Below, piece by piece: positions 9,001 to 14,081 of a DNA stretch of 41,580 bases (the first letter of the stretch is position 1; the number at the start of each line of letters is the position of its first letter). The DNA is from Bacteroidaceae bacterium (GTDB lineage Bacteria > Bacteroidota > Bacteroidia > Bacteroidales > Bacteroidaceae): the NCBI GenBank assembly GCA_017631585.1, contig JAGBSZ010000003.1:1-41580 (forward strand), read 5' to 3'. The position numbers were made by a program, and so were the translations under genes. The notes under the pieces were generated by a model that saw only the letters and a list, made by a program, of their open reading frames with translations, was not told where the DNA came from and ran no database searches.

Positions 9001-11703
9001 GGTTTGCAGTTCGACTATGTAAACACCGATGCCGGCACACATACACTGCGCCTTGCTATCGACGGCAAGACACACACAAGCACATCTTCAAAACAAAGTC
9101 TGGAGGTTGCAGTTTCTGACCCACAGCGCACATTTTCATTCGTGCAGAGCGGTGAGAACAAGGGTATCACATTCAGTAATTTCATTGTAAAAATAAAGAA
9201 AGACACAAGAGTGCCTGAGATTGCACAGGAGATTTTCACCACAGCTACAGCCAATGATATACCTTACCGCATCCCTGCTATCGCAATGGCAAAGAACGGT
9301 GATTTGATTGCTGTTGCCGACTATCGTCACAGCCGTGCCGATATTGGTATGGCAAGCTATGGTCGTATAGACCTTCATGCACGCATAAGCAAGGATAACG
9401 GTGCAAACTGGGGCAACCGTTTCTCTATTGTTGACGGACAAGGCTCAAGTTCTCCCGACTTTATGCATGTAGGCTTTGGCGACCCATGTATCGTTGCTGA
9501 CCGCGAAAGCAACCGTGTTCTTGTGCTTAGCTGTGCCGGAAATGTTTCATTCCCCAACGGAACACGCAACAACCACCAGAACATAGCACGTTTCTACAGC
9601 GAGGACAACGGTGCCACATGGAGCGAGCCTGTTGACATTGCAGATGCAATATATGCAATGTGGGACAACAGCAACAACCACGGACCTGTACGCGCAATGT
9701 TCATCGGTTCGGGAAAGATTCACCAGAGCCGCTATGTAAAGGTAAACAACTACTATCGTCTGTACTGCGCTGTGCTTTTGAAGAATGTAAATAACATACA
9801 TACAAACTTTGTACTCTACAGCGACGACTTTGGCGGTAGCTGGGATGTTCTTGGCGGTGTTGAGAACGCCCCCGTGCCAAGCGGTGGCGACGAGCCTAAG
9901 GTTGAGGAGCTTCCGAACGGTAACGTTGTAATAAGTTCACGTATAAATGGCGGACGTTACTTCAACATATACACATTTACAGACGCAGAGAAAGCAGAAG
10001 GTTCATGGGGTGCTATGGCAACATCAAACAGCAGCAACAATGGTGTTGTGGCACAAGGCAACTCATGTAACGGTGAAATAATGATTATCCCCGTTGTACG
10101 CAACGAGGACAAGGCAGAGATGTGGCTTGCACTGCAGTCGTTGCCATTCGGTAACGGACGTGCCAATGTGGGTATCTACTACAAGGAACTTGCATCGGGT
10201 GCCGACTACAACACTCCTGCAAACTTCGCAAAGAATTGGGACGGTCGTCATCAGGCATCATTCCTGGCATCTGCATACTCTACAATGTGCTTCCAGAAGG
10301 ATTCTACAATAGCATTCCTTTATGAAGAGGACACATACGGCATCAACGCATACGGTGGCTACAACATCATATACAAGAACTACAGCCTTGAGCAGATTAC
10401 CAACGGCAAATACTCGGTTCTCAAAGGCAGAGAGCCTGAAGCACAGCCCGACCAGCCAAGCGATGCAACAATAGCAATGGTTGCAGAGGCAAAGAGTCTG
10501 CTTAAACTGAAAGGTGTGGGCTACCCTGCGACAGAACCACGCGAAACACTTAAGGCTGCAATAGCTGTTGCAGAGGAGAATCCTACTGAGAGCGCAGGCA
10601 GCGTGCTTGAAGCCGCTATCGAGGCATACCTTGGAACAACAGATGTGCAGTTGCCTGCCGACGGTGAGAAATATACACTCACCATGGTGGCGAAGAACGG
10701 CAACCGTTTCTACCTCAACTACACAGGCGACGACATTGCAATGGTAGCACGCGGTGATGAGGAGTTGCCCGAGAGTGCGCAATTCTTATGCAAGGATAAC
10801 GGCGACGGAACAGTAACCCTCACCACCAACGATGGCAAGTATCTTGTTTATCACACAAAATATGCCGGTGTGGACTGGTTGCAGAACAGAGGTGACACCG
10901 ACGGCTTGCAGGATGAGGAAAATGATATGACAAAGATTACCTTTGCCAAAATAGAGAATATCAACAATGTTGTAGCCAATGACAATAAGGATGTTTTCGG
11001 CATGCTTACATGGTATAGCAAACGCGGATACGACACCGGAAAGAATGAGGAGTGCTACGGATATATGGTACTAAAGAGCGACGGTAGCGACTATGATGGC
11101 GCAAGCGCACCATTCTGGAACGACAACTACTCATCGGCGTTCCTTGTAGAAAAGGTTGTAGTAGCACCTGTACAGTACCGCATAAAATCGGTTTCACAGA
11201 ACAAATATCTGAACATCGAAGCTGTCAATATGAATAACGCTACAGGTCCAAAGGGCTCGGTAGGCCTTGCGAATTATGCCGAAAACAACAATCAGATATT
11301 CACATTTGAGGATGCCGATGACGATAAGGTATATATTGTATCGGCAGAAGGCTACTACATTGTATGCCGTCAGTGGAACATAGATGCGAGCAACCAGGGC
11401 TTAAAATCACCTCTTGGCATAGAGTACAAGAACGATACAGAGTTCTACATTATGAACGGTTCACAGTACTTCAAGGTTGGTCCGGTGGATGGCAACGCAA
11501 GCAGCTATTATCCATACTGCGATGCTCCATTCAGCAATGCCGAACTATGGGTACTCGAAGAGGTTGGAGCAGCTACCGCTATTGAGAAAGTGGAAATAAG
11601 AGATGAGAAAGAAGAAATCTTCGACCTCACCGGTCGCCGTGTGAATGAAATTACCAAAGCCGGTATTTATATTATTGGTGGTAAAAAAACACTTGTGAAA
11701 TAA
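6034..11703 (+). CDS. secreted multidomain exo-glycosidase: GH20 beta-N-acetylhexosaminidase fused to GH33 sialidase, with lectin-like modules and a T9SS C-terminal sorting domain
   Basis: The start is placed at MKKLLTTALLALSLCFTQAVQA (signal peptide, ATG 6034) rather than the track start 5971. GH20 signatures: RGYMHDVGRSF (from 6493), HWHLTENQAWR, PEIDMPGH and HIGGDEV (6889-6909; the D-E catalytic pair at 6901-6906). GH33 signatures: YRIPAIA (from 9265); Asp-boxes SKDNGANW (9388-9411), SEDNGATW (9598-9621) and SDDFGGSW (9820-9843); then ..AFLYEED.. . Helical linkers occur at about 8070-8310 and 10460-10630. The tail ..EEIFDLTGRRVNEITKAGIYIIGGKKTLVK (about 11584-11700) is a typical Por/T9SS CTD. 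Confidence 0.9.
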   Translation: MKKLLTTALLALSLCFTQAVQAKVTHLLPKPQVIELTNGNAFALGRTVTITDPTDCTLLREFFTDNGCTIADGGIPVTVTLVTSIEGAYDYELYGYENESYSLEITADAINIKAVTKTGVIRAVQTLSQLAEGYDGTPQLESLTMTDWPAFKLRGYMHDVGRSFITTEELIKQIKLFSRFKINTFHWHLTENQAWRFEVKAYPQLTSNASMTRFAGQYYTQEDCKAVMAAAKKYGIVVIPEIDMPGHSEAFKRAMGYDMQSTDGKKALKKVLDEVVEVFADAPYIHIGGDEVATTAAYLNEMIAYVESKGKKAGIWNRINGINQSDLNASITQMWASSGTLAAGKPNIDCRYNYTNHFDVFADLVGIYKSNIYYRQQGDPEVAGTLSCAWNDRKTPTQEDIIIQNNVYANVIASGERAWIGGGKEYIEKGGTTLPNSGKEYDEFADFERRFLFHKANSLKNEPIAYVKQTNVRWRITEPFPNGGDMNASFAPETEGLKESYTVNGTTYGTGIATGAGIYLRHTWGNNTVPTYYGTTNHNNVTSYAWTYVYSDKTQTVGAQIEFQNYGRSEKDSAPDAGKWDRKGSRIWLNDSEILPPTWDNTGVGINNEVDLKNENFTARKPIQVTLKEGWNKVFIKLPYVGASGVRLNKWMFTFVLTDLDGKNAVEGLVYSPNKRMDVVAEQLGATITEIKREIANSTGEQPGQYSPELAEDVNAVIAEIEATLDTTMNEEERAAQLAQLNAAFETFKASLATAKINQPKASNSEVSYYYTMCTPQRENRYASSNGANADMTGNTTVSDASKWKFTLRNDGKYNIINKSNGTYVSPASSNNTALRTQANEPASGWELKEAATQGLFIIVSGSAQFNQTNNSSLGYKVYNWGSGTNTTDTGCQYLITEVETIEEGGEVTPPAEEDDVTSVEILASKGQYTASNANGTWHSRWESNEVTGFSFAASANNMTTSGDCIAGYSGQSQSSTYTITAPAGWMVTGLQFDYVNTDAGTHTLRLAIDGKTHTSTSSKQSLEVAVSDPQRTFSFVQSGENKGITFSNFIVKIKKDTRVPEIAQEIFTTATANDIPYRIPAIAMAKNGDLIAVADYRHSRADIGMASYGRIDLHARISKDNGANWGNRFSIVDGQGSSSPDFMHVGFGDPCIVADRESNRVLVLSCAGNVSFPNGTRNNHQNIARFYSEDNGATWSEPVDIADAIYAMWDNSNNHGPVRAMFIGSGKIHQSRYVKVNNYYRLYCAVLLKNVNNIHTNFVLYSDDFGGSWDVLGGVENAPVPSGGDEPKVEELPNGNVVISSRINGGRYFNIYTFTDAEKAEGSWGAMATSNSSNNGVVAQGNSCNGEIMIIPVVRNEDKAEMWLALQSLPFGNGRANVGIYYKELASGADYNTPANFAKNWDGRHQASFLASAYSTMCFQKDSTIAFLYEEDTYGINAYGGYNIIYKNYSLEQITNGKYSVLKGREPEAQPDQPSDATIAMVAEAKSLLKLKGVGYPATEPRETLKAAIAVAEENPTESAGSVLEAAIEAYLGTTDVQLPADGEKYTLTMVAKNGNRFYLNYTGDDIAMVARGDEELPESAQFLCKDNGDGTVTLTTNDGKYLVYHTKYAGVDWLQNRGDTDGLQDEENDMTKITFAKIENINNVVANDNKDVFGMLTWYSKRGYDTGKNEECYGYMVLKSDGSDYDGASAPFWNDNYSSAFLVEKVVVAPVQYRIKSVSQNKYLNIEAVNMNNATGPKGSVGLANYAENNNQIFTFEDADDDKVYIVSAEGYYIVCRQWNIDASNQGLKSPLGIEYKNDTEFYIMNGSQYFKVGPVDGNASSYYPYCDAPFSNAELWVLEEVGAATAIEKVEIRDEKEEIFDLTGRRVNEITKAGIYIIGGKKTLVK

Positions 11704-11882
11704 ATAAGTTGTTAAAAAGGTCAACTACTGCGTTACGCTTGCCGTCAAAATCCTCATTTACCAATCAGTAAACTGCGTTTTTCCAGCGTCGCAAGCCTTG
11801 TATTTGAACCTTTTTATCCCACTTATTATAATGCGGAATGTAGGGGCGGGGTTAGCCCGCCCATGCAAACACTGCAAACGCC

Positions 11883-11941
11883 AACCCCCTCCGAGGCAAG
11901 CCTCTCGTCCCCCTAAAACATGGGGACAATATAGGCAAACC
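11883..11941 (+). repeat. two-hairpin structured module, copy A1
   Basis: Sequence AACCCCCT-[GAGG CAAG CCTC hairpin]-GTCCCC CTAAAACAT GGGGAC-AATATAGGCAAACC. Collinear with copy A2 at 12456-12517. Confidence 0.5.
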
Positions 11942-12040
11942 CTGCCCCTACAGGTTGCAATCCACCTGCAAAAGGTAATGTCAAAAAGAAATCCGGCACC
12001 GTTTGAGCAACAGCGCGTGTCAGTTCCAATTGAGGAATAA

Positions 12041-12172
12041 GAACAAATTTGCTTTGCAAATCGACAATACCGCCAGCAATTAGTCGTGAGTAGCACAGCC
12101 GAAGGTTGTGCCTCACGGGATGCGACAAGGCGGTGTTGTCAAAGTGGCAGACACAAGCGACAAACGAGCGAC
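12041..12172 (+). ncRNA. candidate structured RNA, tandem unit 1 (small hairpin 12047-12061 plus three-tier hairpin 12063-12140)
   Basis: Outer stem GACAATACCGCC (12063-12074) pairs with GGCGGTGTTGTC (12129-12140). Middle stem CGTGAG (12085-12090) pairs with CTCACG (12112-12117). Apical stem GCACAGC (12093-12099) pairs with GTTGTGC (12105-12111). Repeated at an exact +132 nt offset in unit 2 with compensatory changes. Confidence 0.45.
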
Positions 12173-12274
12173 GAACGAATTTGCTTTGCAAATCGACAAT
12201 ACCGCCAGCATATAGTCGTGCGTAGTGCAGACGCAGTTTGCACCGCACGGGATGCGATAAGGCGGTGTTGTCAA
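12173..12274 (+). ncRNA. candidate structured RNA, tandem unit 2 (small hairpin 12179-12193 plus three-tier hairpin 12195-12272)
   Basis: Blocks identical to unit 1: 12178-12210 equals 12046-12078 (33 nt) and 12259-12274 equals 12127-12142. Stems: 12195-12206 with 12261-12272, CGTGCG with CGCACG, GTGCAGA with TTTGCAC. Confidence 0.45.
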
Positions 12275-12455
12275 TGCGATAACCCGAGCCGAGGAGTGAG
12301 TGACTTGCTCAACCCGTGTGCCGGGCGCTTTGGTTCTTTGCCTTTAGCCCCTACGGGCGGCGACCGATGGTTCACGCGATGAAAGAACGAAGAAGAAAGA
12401 CTACAAAATAAATATACGATAAAAGAAATAAGGTTAAAGACTGCGGAAGAATATT

Positions 12456-12517
12456 AACCCCCTGCAATGCAAGCATTGCTGTCCCCCTAAAACAGGAGGA
12501 CAATACAAGGGCAAACC
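12456..12517 (+). repeat. two-hairpin structured module, copy A2
   Basis: Sequence AACCCCCT-[GCAATG CAAG CATTGC hairpin]-TGTCCCCCTAAAACAGGAGGAC-AATACAAGGGCAAACC. It has the same order, the same CAAG loop and the same CTAAAACA loop as A1, but a different first stem sequence. Confidence 0.5.
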
Positions 12518-12548
12518 AAGATTCCGCCGTGCTAGGTGGGGATAAACA

Positions 12549-12596
12549 GCCTGCGTCTTTTGGGCAGACACACCAGTCTGCCCAAAAGACGCAGGC
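12549..12596. terminator. perfect 21-bp stem / 6-nt loop hairpin between the non-coding island and the sufE stop; probable terminator
   Basis: GCCTGCGTCTTTTGGGCAGAC - ACACCA - GTCTGCCCAAAAGACGCAGGC. It lies 24 nt downstream of the minus-strand sufE stop. The flanking tracts are weak: TGTTTAT after the stem on the minus strand, AAAAAG on the plus strand. Confidence 0.5.
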
Positions 12597-12619
12597 AAAA
12601 AGAACTATTCCTCTTTATA

Positions 12620-13048
12620 TTATAAGTTCATTTTTGTCTTGAATGCCAGAGCATACAATCGCATCTGCTTTATCATTGCAACAAGACCATTGCTACGGGT
12701 GGGTGAAAGATGTTCCTTCAACCCTATTGCCTCAACAAAATAAGGCTCTGCAACAAGAATCTCATCGGGTGTATGTCCTGAATATACCTTTATAAGCAAT
12801 GCGACAATACCTTTTACTATAAGCGCATCGCTCTCGGCACGAAAGATTATCTTTCCATCTACAACATCAGCCTGAAGCCAGACGCGACTCTGACAACCTT
12901 CGATGAGGTTGTTGTCGGTTTTGTACTCCTCGGGCAACGGTTCCTGTTCGTTTCCCAGGTCAATGAGCAACTGATAACGGTCGAGCCAATCATCAAAACC
13001 TGTAAATTCTTCTATAATCTCGTCCTGTATATCTTTTATATCTGCCAT
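12620..13048 (-). CDS. sufE: SufE-like cysteine desulfuration (sulfur acceptor) protein
   Basis: 142 aa with SufE family features: ..DDWLDRYQLLIDLG.., the conserved EGCQSRVWL cysteine loop, and ..SDALIVKGIVALL.. . Confidence 0.88.
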   Translation of the reverse strand: MADIKDIQDEIIEEFTGFDDWLDRYQLLIDLGNEQEPLPEEYKTDNNLIEGCQSRVWLQADVVDGKIIFRAESDALIVKGIVALLIKVYSGHTPDEILVAEPYFVEAIGLKEHLSPTRSNGLVAMIKQMRLYALAFKTKMNL

Positions 13049-14064
13049 TATTTCTCGTTATAAATTACAGTTAATACGGTTTGTCCCACAGCCTTGAGTG
13101 CAGACTTGTCAATCCATTGCATATCGTCCTTCATTGTGTGGTGATAAGGTCCGAAGCCGTTGGGGCTGTCGGGGTCACAATTGATTATATCTATACACGG
13201 CAAACCTAATATGCTGTTCACATAGTAGTGGTCGTCGGTGATTATACCGCCGTCCTCCTGTACAAAATAGTTGCCGTAGCCCAATTTGTCGGCATATTGC
13301 CACACTTTATATACAACATCCTCAGCAAAACGGGTTGAATATCCCTCGTATAAAAACTTGGAGTTGGGCGCGCCGACAATGTCAAGCAATATGCCATAGC
13401 GTGCATTGTATCCTGCCACATGAGGATTTATCGACCAATACTGCGAACCGAGTGCCCATGAATGTCTATGTTTTTTCCACAAATGGGAATCATTCTCGTG
13501 CAATCCGTAATCCTCGGCATCGAAAAGTATGATATCAACACCTACCTTTGAGGGTACAGCTGCTAATTGACGCGCTATTTCGAGCAACACGCCTACTCCA
13601 CTGCCACCGTCGTTTGCACCGGGCAGGGGCTTATAGTGATTGGCTTTGTCGGGGTCGCTGTCAGCCCATGGACGGGTATCCCAATGCGCACAGAGCATTA
13701 TGCGGTCACTCTTATCGGGATTGAACTGCGCAATAATGTTACGTGCCTTGAGCAAATCACCATTGTAGGCTCTAAGGTCAACATCCTGAGTAAGCACGGT
13801 TGCTCCGTAGCTCTCGAATTTTGATACAAGATAATCACCACATTTGCGATGTGACGGTGTGCTTGGCACACGCGGACCGAAGTTTACTTGTGCCTCAATA
13901 AAATTGTATGCACTGTCGGCATCAAATATAGGCACAATAACAGCCGGTTCAACAACAGTGGGAGCCTTTTGGGGTTGCCCGCTTTTTGCATTCTGCTGTT
14001 TGCCTGACGATGCTCCGCAACAGACAAACAACAGCGATACAAGGAATATATATATCCTGTTCAT
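13048..14064 (-). CDS. M28-family zinc enzyme, glutaminyl-peptide cyclotransferase-like lipoprotein
   Basis: The start is moved to MNRIYIFLVSLLFVCCGASS (lipoprotein-type signal, ATG at 14064). This removes the overlap with cysS that the track start 14100 creates. The body (..NIIAQFNP..IMLCAHWDTRPWAD.., ..GANDGGSGVGVLLE.., ..ILFDAEDYG..) matches M28 / animal-type glutaminyl cyclase as found in Bacteroidetes. The stop overlaps the sufE start as TAATG. Confidence 0.75.
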   Translation of the reverse strand: MNRIYIFLVSLLFVCCGASSGKQQNAKSGQPQKAPTVVEPAVIVPIFDADSAYNFIEAQVNFGPRVPSTPSHRKCGDYLVSKFESYGATVLTQDVDLRAYNGDLLKARNIIAQFNPDKSDRIMLCAHWDTRPWADSDPDKANHYKPLPGANDGGSGVGVLLEIARQLAAVPSKVGVDIILFDAEDYGLHENDSHLWKKHRHSWALGSQYWSINPHVAGYNARYGILLDIVGAPNSKFLYEGYSTRFAEDVVYKVWQYADKLGYGNYFVQEDGGIITDDHYYVNSILGLPCIDIINCDPDSPNGFGPYHHTMKDDMQWIDKSALKAVGQTVLTVIYNEK

Positions 14065-14081
14065 ATTTTGAAATGGTATTA

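Noticed and set aside
12161-12171. 11-mer CAAACGAGCGA shared between the island (12161-12171) and the ftsB/dnaX spacer (39312-39322), each followed further downstream by AATTTGCT
   Set aside because: In 41.6 kb one expects on the order of a couple of hundred identical 11-mer pairs by chance (N squared over 2, divided by 4 to the 11th). The similarity does not extend collinearly beyond short TTTGC-type promoter-like words. This is not evidence of a shared element.
11584-12274. Diversity-generating retroelement (template/variable repeat pair) next to the lectin-like C-terminus of the giant protein
   Set aside because: The two 132-nt units resemble each other, not the coding sequence. Their differences are not adenine-specific and are compensatory within stems. 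No reverse transcriptase gene is present in the window.
11758-12382. Four overlapping track ORFs (80-112 aa) on both strands inside the 11.7-12.6 kb island
   Set aside because: The translations are Cys/Arg/Gly/Pro-rich with no protein-like pattern. They overlap each other on both strands and coincide exactly with the hairpin-forming repeats. Substitutions between the repeat copies preserve base pairs rather than codons. They are best explained as open frames arising by chance in GC-richer non-coding sequence.
11883-12517. CRISPR array, mini-array or type III toxin-antitoxin RNA repeat
   Set aside because: There are only two copies of each repeat type. The spacings are 132 nt (contiguous units) and about 575 nt, not repeat-spacer periodicity. 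No cas gene or toxin gene is adjacent.
11704-12619. Known housekeeping RNAs (tmRNA, RNase P RNA, 6S RNA, riboswitches for TPP, cobalamin or SAM) in the island
   Set aside because: The signature strings I know are absent on both strands: tRNA-like GGTTCGAATCC end plus tag ORF for tmRNA, GAGGAAAGTCCGGGC-type P4 region for RNase P, CTGAGA/ACCTGA for TPP, and the B12 box. There is also no downstream gene in the sense orientation for a riboswitch to control.
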